A stretch of 64,000 nucleotides of DNA, from contig CAUZJT010000005.1 in the NCBI GenBank assembly GCA_963580215.1, positions 4,746-68,745 of the forward strand, written 5' to 3'. Below are positions 9,724 to 19,873 of this stretch, piece after piece; within the stretch, counting starts at the first letter, position 1; every line of letters starts with the position of its first letter. The position numbers and the translations under genes were made by a program. The notes beneath the pieces are model-generated. The model was not told where the DNA came from. It was given only the letters and a program-made list of their open reading frames with translations, and did not search any database. This stretch comes from Gammaproteobacteria bacterium. GTDB taxonomy: Bacteria; Pseudomonadota; Gammaproteobacteria; Arenicellales; UBA868.

Positions 9724-11124
9724 GTGAGCCGCAGTGACGCTATTTCTGACATCGAGAGTTATTTTGACGACGGCGCCTTCAGGACTGATCTGGCGCGCCG
9801 TGTAGCGATCCGCACGGAAAGCCCCATACCCGAACGTCGCCCGGAACTGTATCGCTATCTAACAGAAGAAATGTCGCCTTATCTTGAGGGTATGGGTTTC
9901 ACGCCTGAGGTTTTTGATAATCCCCATGAAGATGGAGGGCCGTTTCTCGTGGCGCGACACCACGAAAGCGACGGTTTGCCGACGGTCATGACCTATGGCC
10001 ATGGTGATGTGGTTCGCGGTTATGATGATCAGTGGCGCGACGGCCTTAATCCTTGGTTGATCACCGAAGAAGGCGAGCGTTGGTATGGGCGCGGCACGGC
10101 TGATAATAAAGGTCAACACACGATTAATCTGGCGGCCATGAAAGCCGTTCTTAAAGAACGCGGGCAGCTGGGTTTTAATGTCGTGGCCCTGATCGAAACC
10201 GGTGAGGAATGCGGATCGCCGGGCCTCAATGAATTTTGTTCTTCGCATAAGGAGTTGTTCGAGGCAGATGTTTTTATCGCCTCTGACGGACCGCGCCTGC
10301 AGCCAGACCAGCCGACGATCTTTATGGGATCGCGCGGGGTATTCAATTTCACCATGACTCTCAATTTGCGCGACGGCGGCCACCATTCTGGTAACTGGGG
10401 CGGGCTTTTGGCCAATCCCGGAGTGATCCTGTCGCATGCGCTGGCGACAATCGTCGATGCCAAAGGGCAGATACTGGTAGACGGCTGGAAGGCAGAGCCG
10501 ATGACAAATGCGGTTCGCCAGGCGCTTGCTAAGTTGAACGTTGGTGGTGGCGACGGCGGTCCAGAAATCGATCCCAGCTGGGGTGAGCCGGGGCTGACAG
10601 CCGAGGAAAAGGTATTCGGTTCCAACACCTTTGAGATTCTTGCATTCGAGACCGGCAACCCGCGTAATCCAGTTAACGCCGTACCGCCGCGCGCCGTTGC
10701 CCACGGCCATATTCGCTTCGTCGCCGGATCTGATCCGAAAAACTTCCTGCCGGCTTTACGCAGCCATCTTGATGAGCGCGGTTTCGAGATGATCGAGTTG
10801 GAAATTGAGCAAGATATTATGTATGCGACCCGCCTCGACCCGGACCATCCCTGGGCCCGCTGGGCGGTTAAATCCATCGAAGCGACAGCGATGCGCGATG
10901 TCGCGGTATTGCCCAATCTTGGTGGGTCGCTGCCGAACGACGTGTTCGCCGAAGTTCTTGGCCTGCCGACCATCTGGGTGCCGCACTCTTATGCCGGATG
11001 TTCCCAGCATGCACCGAACGAACACGTTCTGGCGCCGGTTTGCCGTGACGCACTCAGAATTATGACTGGGCTTTGGTGGGATTTAGGCGCTGGGGATACC
11101 CCTGCGCTTCGAAGAACATCATGA
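9724..11124 (+). CDS. M20 family metallopeptidase/amidohydrolase
   Basis: YGHGDVV, YGRGTADNKGQH, ETGEECGS and QHAPNE motifs. Confidence 0.92.
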   Translation: MSRSDAISDIESYFDDGAFRTDLARRVAIRTESPIPERRPELYRYLTEEMSPYLEGMGFTPEVFDNPHEDGGPFLVARHHESDGLPTVMTYGHGDVVRGYDDQWRDGLNPWLITEEGERWYGRGTADNKGQHTINLAAMKAVLKERGQLGFNVVALIETGEECGSPGLNEFCSSHKELFEADVFIASDGPRLQPDQPTIFMGSRGVFNFTMTLNLRDGGHHSGNWGGLLANPGVILSHALATIVDAKGQILVDGWKAEPMTNAVRQALAKLNVGGGDGGPEIDPSWGEPGLTAEEKVFGSNTFEILAFETGNPRNPVNAVPPRAVAHGHIRFVAGSDPKNFLPALRSHLDERGFEMIELEIEQDIMYATRLDPDHPWARWAVKSIEATAMRDVAVLPNLGGSLPNDVFAEVLGLPTIWVPHSYAGCSQHAPNEHVLAPVCRDALRIMTGLWWDLGAGDTPALRRTS

Positions 11125-12560
11125 CCGAACTTTGCGATTTGGACGCCATTGAATTGCGTCGGCGTATCGGCACCAAGGAGATTTCGCCGGTGGAGTTGCT
11201 GGAAAGCTGCATTCAGCGGACCGAAGATGTCGACGGCGCCGTCAACGCTATGGTCACACGGTGCTATGACCGCGCCCGTGCCGAAGCCAAAATAGCCGAG
11301 CGCCGTGTTTTGCAGGGCGAGGATCTCGGCGTTTTGCACGGGTTACCCGTTGGCATTAAGGATCTGGAAGCGACGGAGGGTGTGCGCACCACTTCCGGAT
11401 CAAAGCTTTTGGCCGATCATGTGCCGGAGGAGGACCAGTTGTCGGTCGCCAATACCCGCGCAGAAGGGGCGATTGTCATCGGCAAGACCAACACACCGGA
11501 ATTTGGCACGGGAGCAAATACCCGCAACCTGGTGTTTGGCGTGACTGGTAATCCGTTTGATTCTGCCAAGACATGCGGTGGGTCGTCAGGCGGCTCGGCT
11601 GTCGCTTTGGCGACGGGAATGACCCCGCTGGCCAGTGGCTCGGACTTCGGCGGTAGTTTGCGTACTCCGGCAGGTTTCTGTGGTGTCGCCGGTTTCAGGC
11701 CGTCACCGGGTGTCGTGCCGTCGGAAAAACGCCCAGTCGGACTGTCACCATTTTCGGTGCTCGGTTCCATGGGCCGCACCATCAGCGATGCGGCGTTGTT
11801 GCTGTCGGCACAGGTTTCTATCGACCCCCGCGATCCGTTTTCTGTCGATCTTGATCCCGCTCTACTTGACCCGTTAGTACCGGCTGATCTCGGGTCTGTG
11901 CGCGCAGCCATTTCTGTTGATCTGGGTAACGCGCCCATGTCCGCCGCCTATCGGGATATTTTTAAGGCGCGATCGGGTATGTTCAGAAACGTATTTGCCG
12001 ATGCCGAGGATCGTCATCCGGATTTCACTGACGTGCATACGTGTTTCGAAGTCCTGCGCGGCGTCACTTATGTGGCGGCGCACGGTGAACGTGTTCGCAA
12101 CCACCGCAGCGACATCAGCCCCAATGTTGTAGATAACGTTGACCGGGGGCTGAAATATAATCTCGAAGATGTTGCGCAGGCACATCTTGACCAAACCCGG
12201 ATCGCACGGGACTGGTTAGCACTTTTTGATGAGGTTGATGTAGTGATCTGTCCGGCGGCATCTGTGTCACCGTTTGCCCATGCCAATTGGTCAGTAAGTG
12301 AGATTGACGGACAGCAGATGGACACTTACATGCGCTGGCTGGCGATCACCTATATGCCGACCATGGCCACCGCCTGTGGAGCCGTGTTGCCGTGCGGTGT
12401 CGATGATCAAGGCATGCCGTTCGGTATACAGGTGCTGGGTCCACCGGGTGCTGACCGCCATGTGCTGGAGGTTGCCCGCGCCCTAGAAATCGTGCTCGCC
12501 GCCAATCCGGAAACCGCACGTCCAGTGCCCGACCTTGCTAAATTAATAAAGACAACATGA
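11121..12560 (+). CDS. Amidase signature family enzyme
   Basis: HGLPVGIKD, GKTNTPEFG, GGSSGGSA and GSDFGGSLRTPA. The ATG overlaps the upstream stop (ATGA at 11121-11124). Confidence 0.93.
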   Translation: MTELCDLDAIELRRRIGTKEISPVELLESCIQRTEDVDGAVNAMVTRCYDRARAEAKIAERRVLQGEDLGVLHGLPVGIKDLEATEGVRTTSGSKLLADHVPEEDQLSVANTRAEGAIVIGKTNTPEFGTGANTRNLVFGVTGNPFDSAKTCGGSSGGSAVALATGMTPLASGSDFGGSLRTPAGFCGVAGFRPSPGVVPSEKRPVGLSPFSVLGSMGRTISDAALLLSAQVSIDPRDPFSVDLDPALLDPLVPADLGSVRAAISVDLGNAPMSAAYRDIFKARSGMFRNVFADAEDRHPDFTDVHTCFEVLRGVTYVAAHGERVRNHRSDISPNVVDNVDRGLKYNLEDVAQAHLDQTRIARDWLALFDEVDVVICPAASVSPFAHANWSVSEIDGQQMDTYMRWLAITYMPTMATACGAVLPCGVDDQGMPFGIQVLGPPGADRHVLEVARALEIVLAANPETARPVPDLAKLIKTT

Positions 12561-14038
12561 GAATTTTCACCGCCTGTCTTGGCACGGAAACCCATACCGG
12601 AGCCCCGTTACCGACCGATCTTAGCGGCTTTGAGAGCAGCCATCTGGTGCGCGGCGGCGATCACGGTGAGACAACACATATGTTTGGAGCACCTCTGGTG
12701 TTATGGCGTGAACGCGCAGAGGCCAAGGGCTGGGAGGTTGTTGAAGGACTATCTGCATTTGCCACCCCATCGGGACTGGTGGTGCGAAAAGTCTACGAAG
12801 ACCTGCGCGACGAAATTCTTGAAAGCCTGCGTGCAGCCATGCCGGTTGATGCGGTGTTTCTCAGCTTGCACGGGGCTATGGTGGCGGATGGTTACGACGA
12901 TTGTGAGGAAGATACTCTGTGTAAAATCAGGGAGATCACCGGCCCGGATATTCCAATAGGCGCTGAGTACGATCTGCATTGCCATATCACCCGCCAGTTC
13001 CTGAGCGACCTGAACGCCCTGGTAATTTACAAGCAATACCCACATACCGATTTTATCGCCCGCGCTGAGGAGTTGTGGCAGATTATGGAGGGCACCATCG
13101 AAGGCCGGATAAAGCCGAAGATCAGCGCTTTCGATTGCCGGATGATTGGTCTCTATCACACCACCCGTGAGCCGATGAGCTCATTCGTTGAGCGCATGAC
13201 CAAGCTTGAGAAGTCTGACCGGGTTTTGTCAATTTCACTTGGGCATGGTTTCCCCTGGGGTGACGTTCCGGCGGAAGGCACACGGATGATTGTTGTCACC
13301 GATGATCACCAGGAGCAAGGCGATGCTTTAGCCGAAAAATTAGGGCGCGAGCTTTGGGATATACGCGATGAAATAACGCCGCGTTACCTCGATCTCGACG
13401 CCACCGTTGATGCGGCCATTGGGGAGCCAGGCGGACCGGTGGTGATCGCTGATATGGCAGATAATCCCGGCGGTGGCGGTCCGGGTGACAGTACTTTCAT
13501 CTTGGCTCAGTTGTTAGAGCGCGGTGTCACAAATGTTGCGGTCGGCGGTATCTGGGACCCGGTGGCAGCGTCGATCTGCGTCGGTGCGGGTGTGGGGGCA
13601 AGGTTCCCTCTGCGTCTGGGTGGCAAGACCGGCCCGACGTCTGGCGACCCACTGGATCTTGAGGTCGCAGTTATCGGGGTGAAGCGCGATCATACGATCA
13701 TCAGTCTTGGCGGCTCAATCCGTTATATGGGAGATGCCGCCTGGATACGTACCAATGGCATCGACATTATCGTGCATGAGGCGCGCTGCCAGAACACCAT
13801 GCCGAATTTTTTCGAAAGTTTTGATCTCGACCCAGCGCAATATAAAATTCTGGTGGTCAAATCCATGCAACATTTTTACACCGGCTACGCGCCGCTGGCA
13901 TCGAGGATCATCTATTGTGCGGCACCCGGCACCCTGACCTGGGATATGAGTGAAATCGCGCACCAGAAAATTGCCCGCCCCGTGTGGCCGATAGACATCG
14001 ACCCATGGCGATCGAACGAAGAACGAGCCTGGGACTAA
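12557..14038 (+). CDS. M81 family metallopeptidase (MlrC-like)
   Basis: LSLHGAMVA, YDLHCH, YPHTD, DNPGGGGPGDST and VVKSMQHF; ATGA overlap with the amidase stop. Confidence 0.92.
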   Translation: MRIFTACLGTETHTGAPLPTDLSGFESSHLVRGGDHGETTHMFGAPLVLWRERAEAKGWEVVEGLSAFATPSGLVVRKVYEDLRDEILESLRAAMPVDAVFLSLHGAMVADGYDDCEEDTLCKIREITGPDIPIGAEYDLHCHITRQFLSDLNALVIYKQYPHTDFIARAEELWQIMEGTIEGRIKPKISAFDCRMIGLYHTTREPMSSFVERMTKLEKSDRVLSISLGHGFPWGDVPAEGTRMIVVTDDHQEQGDALAEKLGRELWDIRDEITPRYLDLDATVDAAIGEPGGPVVIADMADNPGGGGPGDSTFILAQLLERGVTNVAVGGIWDPVAASICVGAGVGARFPLRLGGKTGPTSGDPLDLEVAVIGVKRDHTIISLGGSIRYMGDAAWIRTNGIDIIVHEARCQNTMPNFFESFDLDPAQYKILVVKSMQHFYTGYAPLASRIIYCAAPGTLTWDMSEIAHQKIARPVWPIDIDPWRSNEERAWD

Positions 14039-14392
14039 GCAAACCCCGAGCAAATTGAACTAATTTGCAGCGACGTATTTGCATTAGAACTATGGATTAA
14101 GAATCCCGATTTTCCTCGACCGCATGGCAGGCAATCAGGCTATCTTCATCGGTGCGTAATTCAGGCAATTCAGCACGGCAACGTTTATTGGCGAGCGGGC
14201 AGCGGGGCTAATGGTGGAATATGGTAATCGGCTGAAAGATATTGGATCTAATCACGAGGCTTGCCATGGAACGGGTGAGATTGCCCAGTCGCGTGTAATC
14301 AGGGCTCTTCTTAAGGCGATTATCTCTGGTTAGCCTTGCCTGGGTGGATTAACTTGTTTTCTGATGCGACTAAAAAAATAGTGCATCAGGGA

Positions 14393-14445
14393 TTGACTTA
14401 AGTTTAAGAAAGAATAAAATAAGAATCATTCGTATTCGTATTCGT
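14393..14445 (+). promoter_or_regulatory. Sigma70-like promoter overlapped by a Fur-box-like operator
   Basis: TTGACT (14393-98), 16 bp, TAAAAT (14415-20). AATAAGAATCATTCGTATT (14418-36) resembles AATGATAATnATTATCATT and is extended by (ATTCGT)x3 (14428-45). It lies directly upstream of an Fe3+ ABC operon. Confidence 0.65.
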
Positions 14446-14476
14446 AATCAAAAATTAAAATTCTTGGAGCATTTCA

Positions 14477-15502
14477 ATGATCGACCGAGTCAATAATTTC
14501 CTCATCAGGATATGTTTGGGACTGGCCCTAGCTGTACCCTTCGCAGTTGCTGCAGAAGATGAGGTAAATGTTTATAGCTACCGAAAACCGAAATTGATTG
14601 ATCCGATGTTTGCCGAGTTCACCAAACAGACGGGCATCAAAGTCAACTCGGTATTTGCCAAGAAAGGCATGATAGAACGCTTGCAAAGCGAGGGAGTTAA
14701 TAGCCCAGCAGACCTGGTATTCACCGTAGATATCGGCCGTTTGTCGGATATCAAGAACGCCGGATTAACACAATCGGTGAGTTCTAAGAGGTTTTCTGAT
14801 GATATTCCAGCTAACTACCAGGATCCAAAAGGCCACTGGTTCGGGCTGACGACGCGGGCTCGTATTATTGCGGCCTCAAAAGACAGAGTAAAGCCAGGTG
14901 AGATCCTGAGCTATGAGGGCCTCGCTGACCCAAAATGGAAAGGTCGGATCTGTACTCGTTCTGGCAAGCATCCCTATATGGTAGCGCTGACCGCCAGCAT
15001 GATTGCACACCACGGAGCAGTTGGAGCAAAGACATGGTTGACCGGAGTTAAGAATAACCTTGCCCGTAGACCTCAAGGAAACGATAGAGCCCAGGTAAAA
15101 GCAATAAAGGAAGGTGAGTGTGATCTAGCCGTCATCAATCACTACTACATGGCAAAGATGCTGAAAGACCCTGAGCAGGTTCCATGGGCTGAATCAGTCA
15201 ATGTCATTTTTCCGAATCAGAGCGGGCGTGGAACCCATATGAATGTCAGTGGTATGGCCTTGACCAAGCACGCACCTAACAAGGATAACGCGATCAAGCT
15301 AATGGAGTTCCTTGCGAGTGACCAGGGTCAGGAAATGTATGTCCAGAAAAATGGCGAGTATCCAGTAAAACCGGGTATTGTGTGGAATGATCTTCAAAAT
15401 TCGTGGGGCGGGTTCAAAGAAGACACTTTAAGTCTGGCTGTGATTGCGGACAATCGTGTTACAGCGATCCGAATGGCTGACGAGGTTGGGTATAACAACT
15501 GA
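14477..15502 (+). CDS. Fe(3+) ABC transporter substrate-binding protein (FutA/FbpA/IdiA)
   Basis: Signal peptide; VNVYSYR, SPADL, WFGLTTRAR and NHYYM (tandem Tyr iron ligands). Confidence 0.93.
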   Translation: MIDRVNNFLIRICLGLALAVPFAVAAEDEVNVYSYRKPKLIDPMFAEFTKQTGIKVNSVFAKKGMIERLQSEGVNSPADLVFTVDIGRLSDIKNAGLTQSVSSKRFSDDIPANYQDPKGHWFGLTTRARIIAASKDRVKPGEILSYEGLADPKWKGRICTRSGKHPYMVALTASMIAHHGAVGAKTWLTGVKNNLARRPQGNDRAQVKAIKEGECDLAVINHYYMAKMLKDPEQVPWAESVNVIFPNQSGRGTHMNVSGMALTKHAPNKDNAIKLMEFLASDQGQEMYVQKNGEYPVKPGIVWNDLQNSWGGFKEDTLSLAVIADNRVTAIRMADEVGYNN

Positions 15503-15528
15503 TAGGCCGTTTGGTAGAAAGGTTGTCG

Positions 15529-15560
15529 GTAATCCTGGAGACGGTCTCCGGGATTACTTT
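15529..15560 (+). terminator. Intra-operon stem-loop after the binding-protein gene
   Basis: GTAATCCTGGAGA-cgg-TCTCCGGGATTAC followed by TTT; a typical partial terminator or mRNA-stabilising hairpin. Confidence 0.55.
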
Positions 15561-15655
15561 ATGAGAAGTCGACCCTGGATCATCGACTAGGTTGGCGTAG
15601 CCACTAATTAGCATAGAAACTTCTGACTCATGAATGCCATAGAATAGTCTGACTG

Positions 15656-17365
15656 ATGAATGCCCGTGTATCTTCCACTTTGAAGTTTATTCCCAGTATG
15701 GGTCTAAGTGGGGCAACGCGCGTTAGTGGGTGGATGTTGGGTTCACTTTTATTGGCACTGTTGGCATTGATGCCAGTGGGGGCAGTGGTATTTTTCGCCA
15801 TCGACTCCAGTGGGGATATCTGGGGCCACTTGGTACGTACTTCTCTTTTTAGTTATGTCAGTAATACGTTCTGGCTGTTGTTGGGGGTTGGAGTCAGTGT
15901 CTTTCTGACCGGAGTCTCAACCGCGTGGCTGGTGACAATGTGCCGTTTTCCTGGCAGGCGTGTCTTTGAGTGGTTGCTGTTGTTTCCACTGGCGATCCCG
16001 GCGTACGTGATTGCTTACGCTTATACAGACTTTTTGGAATATGCCGGGCCCGTGCAAGGTCTGTTGCGTACCCTTTTCGGGTGGCAGAGTGCGCGGGAGT
16101 ATTTTTTCCCTGAGATTCGCAGTCTGGGTGGTGCAATGGTCTTTATGGGGCTTGTTCTCTACCCCTATGTCTATCTACTGGCACGTTCTGCTTTTCTCGA
16201 GCAGTCAGTCAATGTGCTTGAGGTCAGTCGGGTCCTTGGCAGAGGGCCATGGCGCACCTTCAGCACGGTTTCTCTGCCAGCGGCACGCCCGGCGATCGTA
16301 GTGGGTGTATCTTTAGCCCTGATGGAGACGCTCAATGATTACGGCACAGTAGATTTTTTTGCGGTCTACACGATGACCGCCGGCCTTGTGGATGTTTGGC
16401 TGGGTATGGGCAGTCTCGCAGGAGGCGCCCAGATCGCAACAACGATGCTGGTATTTGTAATCCTGCTGATAACGCTCGAGCGGATCAGTCGACGCCATCA
16501 AAAGGTCTACCAGCAGTCAAGTAGTCGCTTTAGACCGCTGCCGGCTTATACCTTGAGCGGGCCTCGTGCGGGCCTAGCGGTCACGATATGTGCTTTGCCG
16601 GTATTGGCCGGGTTTGTTATTCCGGTACTGGTTCTGGGCAGGCTGGCAATTGTGTATTTTGAAGAATCTTGGACGCCCGCTTTTCGGACATACGCGTTCA
16701 ACAGCTTCGCTCTATCGGCATCGGCCGCGCTACTGGCTTTATTGGTCGCATTGTTTATTGCCTACAGTCGCCGTCTTCATGGCGGTCGGGTGCTGGCACT
16801 GGCTACGCGCATTGCGTCGCTGGGCTACGCGGTACCGGGAGCGGTCCTGGCTGTTGGTATTTTGGTACCTTTTGCTGCTTTTGATAACACTCTGGATGCC
16901 TTATTGCGCGAATACGTGGGAGTCTCTTCGGGGTTACTATTGAGCGGCACCGTGGCGGCGATATTGTTTGCGTATATTGTTCGGTTCCTGGCGGTAGCAC
17001 TGGGTCAGGTTGAAACCAGTCTGGAGAAGGTATCACCATCCATGGATATGGCTGCCCGCACACTGGGCTACCGCGCGGGACAGGCGCTGGTACGCTACCA
17101 TCTCCCCCTGATCCGCGGTGGAATGCTGACAGCGGTTATGATCGTATTTGTTGATTGCATGAAAGAACTTCCCGCCACATTGCTGTTGCGGCCATTTAAT
17201 TTTGAAACCCTGGCAACGCACGTCTACCAGTTTGCCTCTGATGAGATGCTGGGGGAGGCAGCTCTGGGCTCGTTGACGATTGTTTTGGTGGGGCTGGTAC
17301 CGGTGGTGTTATTGAGTCGAATGATTTCGCGGTCTCGGCTGATTCTGGGCGATCCTGCGAGATAG
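15656..17365 (+). CDS. Fe(3+) ABC transporter permease (FbpB/FutB)
   Basis: Two-repeat permease; PLAIPAYVIAYAY, YPYVYLLAR and KELPATLLLRPFNFETLA. Confidence 0.93.
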   Translation: MNARVSSTLKFIPSMGLSGATRVSGWMLGSLLLALLALMPVGAVVFFAIDSSGDIWGHLVRTSLFSYVSNTFWLLLGVGVSVFLTGVSTAWLVTMCRFPGRRVFEWLLLFPLAIPAYVIAYAYTDFLEYAGPVQGLLRTLFGWQSAREYFFPEIRSLGGAMVFMGLVLYPYVYLLARSAFLEQSVNVLEVSRVLGRGPWRTFSTVSLPAARPAIVVGVSLALMETLNDYGTVDFFAVYTMTAGLVDVWLGMGSLAGGAQIATTMLVFVILLITLERISRRHQKVYQQSSSRFRPLPAYTLSGPRAGLAVTICALPVLAGFVIPVLVLGRLAIVYFEESWTPAFRTYAFNSFALSASAALLALLVALFIAYSRRLHGGRVLALATRIASLGYAVPGAVLAVGILVPFAAFDNTLDALLREYVGVSSGLLLSGTVAAILFAYIVRFLAVALGQVETSLEKVSPSMDMAARTLGYRAGQALVRYHLPLIRGGMLTAVMIVFVDCMKELPATLLLRPFNFETLATHVYQFASDEMLGEAALGSLTIVLVGLVPVVLLSRMISRSRLILGDPAR

Positions 17366-17371
17366 CGGTAA

Positions 17372-18475
17372 ATGGCTCCAATGCAATCCCATCAGAGCGA
17401 CCGATCACCAGTCGCCACACGGCCGCTGTTAGAGGTTCGCAACATCTCATGTAACTACGAGTTGGAGCGCGCAGTCTTTGATCTCAGTTTGACCGTGAAT
17501 CGTGGTGAGCAGGTATGCCTTTTGGGTCCCAGTGGTTGCGGCAAGACCACTGTGCTGCGTGCTATCGCTGGCTTTCACCCAGTACTGACGGGCGGCATCT
17601 TTATCAATGACCAGCAGGTCTCTGCGGTTGATGTGATGGTGCCGCCCGAGGCGCGACGCGTGGGTATGGTATTTCAGGATCACGCTTTGTTTCCACACCT
17701 GTCAGTCCAAAACAATATTGCCTCAGGACTGCATCAGGTTTCAGCCCGTGATCGGAAAGAAGCAGTTGCCGATATGCTTGAGCGGATGGGTTTAACTCGG
17801 CATGCAAAGCGCTATCCACACGAACTTTCCGGTGGGCAACAGCAGCGCGTTGCACTGGCCCGGGCGCTTGCGCCCAGACCTTTGTTGTTACTGATGGATG
17901 AGCCGTTTTCCAATCTCGACCAGGAATTGCGTGAACGCATGGGTCAGGAAGTCTCAGATATGCTAAAGGAAAACGATATCACCTGCGTGATGGTGACCCA
18001 TGATCAGAACGATGCCTTTGCCTTAGGGGACAAGGTTGGGGTGATGGAAGATGGCGCAATCGTGCAATGGGATACCCCTTATAATCTTTATCATCGCCCG
18101 CAGAATCATTTTGTAGCCGATTTTATTGGGAGCGGCGTATTCCTGGAAGGGGCGCTATATTCCGTTAACGGTGTGACAACGGCGTTGGGTGACTTGAGCA
18201 GCGAAACAGCGTTGGACTGGATCGTTGGTTCGCAGGTAGAAGTACTGATTCGACCTGATGATGTGATATATGACCCGCAAGGCCCCGTTAAAGCGCAAGT
18301 GATCCGTCGGGCATTTAAGGGTGCCGAGATCATGTATACGCTGCGTACCAGCAGCCAGATTACATTGCTGGCGCTCTTTCCCAGTCACACCAATTTTGAG
18401 ATCGGTGACGAGGTGTCAGTTCGCCTGGAAGTCGATCACCTTGTGGTGTTTCCGAAGGGGTCGATACCCGAGTGA
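17372..18475 (+). CDS. Fe(3+) ABC transporter ATP-binding protein (FbpC/FutC)
   Basis: GPSGCGKTT, LSGGQQQRV and LLMDEPFSNLD, with a C-terminal TOBE-like region. Confidence 0.93.
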   Translation: MAPMQSHQSDRSPVATRPLLEVRNISCNYELERAVFDLSLTVNRGEQVCLLGPSGCGKTTVLRAIAGFHPVLTGGIFINDQQVSAVDVMVPPEARRVGMVFQDHALFPHLSVQNNIASGLHQVSARDRKEAVADMLERMGLTRHAKRYPHELSGGQQQRVALARALAPRPLLLLMDEPFSNLDQELRERMGQEVSDMLKENDITCVMVTHDQNDAFALGDKVGVMEDGAIVQWDTPYNLYHRPQNHFVADFIGSGVFLEGALYSVNGVTTALGDLSSETALDWIVGSQVEVLIRPDDVIYDPQGPVKAQVIRRAFKGAEIMYTLRTSSQITLLALFPSHTNFEIGDEVSVRLEVDHLVVFPKGSIPE

Positions 18476-18522
18476 TCCAGGGTAATAACTGCTCGCCCGG
18501 TTAAGCAGCGAAGCCTGGGCGC

Positions 18523-19773
18523 TCAATCTGGCTCAAATGGGGTCAGATAAGCGTCTAGTATAGAGGGGATCGTCGCGCTTTCTTTGACCTCGATTCGGGC
18601 AACAGCACGATGATGCACTTCGTCGGGGCCGTCGGCATAGCGCAGCGCTCGGCCCCAGGTCCAGTGATCGGCCAGCGGGGTATCTGGGCTGATCCCCATG
18701 GCACCAAAGGTCTGCATTGCCCGATCGAGCACGGTGGTGTGGAGCATGGGTACCAGGGCCTTGATCATTGAGATTTCTTTACGGGCAGCTTTGGCGCCGT
18801 GCTCATCAATCAGCCAGGCCGTTTTCAGCACCAGCAGACGTGCTTGCTCGATCTCGATACGCGAGCGTGAGATCCATTCGGCAACAGTACCGTGTTCATG
18901 CAGGTAACGGCCAAAAGTCTTTCGTTCTTGCGCCCGGCGGGTCATCAATTCCAGCGCCAACTCTGCCGCACCGACCGAACGCATGCAGTGATGGATACGG
19001 CCAGGCCCCAACCGGGCCTGGGCCAGGGCAAATCCCGAGCCTTCCTCGCCCAATAGATTGCCCACCGGCACGCGCACATTATTAAAGGCGATTTCACAGT
19101 GGCCTTCCGGATGAAGGTGGTTCATCACTGTCACGTTTCGCACCACCGTGACACCTTGGGTATCAATGGGTACCAGCACCATACTCTGCTGGTGGTAAGT
19201 ATCTGCGTCAGGGTTGGTCTTGCCCATCACAATCAGTAGTTGGCAGTTGGGATGCGCGGCGTTGGTAATCCACCACTTGCGGCCATTAATGATGTAATCA
19301 TCACCATCCCGGGTAATTCGGGTCTGGATGTTTGAGGCATCCGATGAGGCTGTGTCGGGCTCGGTCATAGCAAAAGCCGAGCGGATCTTGCCGTTCAGCA
19401 AAGGGGTGAGCCACTGCTGGTACTGCTCGGGTGATGCGAACATATGCAGCAGTTCCATGTTACCGGTATCGGGCGCACTGCAGTTAAATGGTTCCGATGA
19501 CCAGGTAACGCGTCCCATAATTTCTGCCAGGGGCGCGTACTCGAGGTTTGTCAGTGGTGTGCCGGGTTCATCGGCCTTTAGGCCGGGTAGGAAAATATTC
19601 CATAACCCCTGTTGACGGGCCAGCGCCTTCAGATCTTCCATGAACGACACCGGATAGGTGCCGTTGCGTACTTCTTTTTGCCATTGGCCGATCTTTGGCA
19701 CGATGTGGGCATCTATAAATTCGCGAACTTGGGTACGCAGGCCTTCAACTTTGGGCGAGTAGGCGAAATCCAT
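18523..19773 (-). CDS. Acyl-CoA dehydrogenase family protein (ACAD10/11 / LvaC-like)
   Basis: FNCSAPDTGNME, FAMTEPDTASSDA, RLGPGRIHHCMR and RYADGPDEVH. Confidence 0.92.
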   Translation of the reverse strand: MDFAYSPKVEGLRTQVREFIDAHIVPKIGQWQKEVRNGTYPVSFMEDLKALARQQGLWNIFLPGLKADEPGTPLTNLEYAPLAEIMGRVTWSSEPFNCSAPDTGNMELLHMFASPEQYQQWLTPLLNGKIRSAFAMTEPDTASSDASNIQTRITRDGDDYIINGRKWWITNAAHPNCQLLIVMGKTNPDADTYHQQSMVLVPIDTQGVTVVRNVTVMNHLHPEGHCEIAFNNVRVPVGNLLGEEGSGFALAQARLGPGRIHHCMRSVGAAELALELMTRRAQERKTFGRYLHEHGTVAEWISRSRIEIEQARLLVLKTAWLIDEHGAKAARKEISMIKALVPMLHTTVLDRAMQTFGAMGISPDTPLADHWTWGRALRYADGPDEVHHRAVARIEVKESATIPSILDAYLTPFEPD

Positions 19774-19873
19774 AGGGAATTATCTCCGGGGTACGAGTCG
19801 AAATGCTGGCAAGGATAAACCTCGCATTCCAACGAATTGTAAGATGGGTGTGCCGGTTACTTGGAGCATCTTG

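Noticed and set aside
9859-10973. Long antisense ORFs (283 and 286 aa) opposite the M20 gene, and many similar shadow ORFs across the window
   Set aside because: No recognisable motifs; expected shadows of GC-rich coding sequence.
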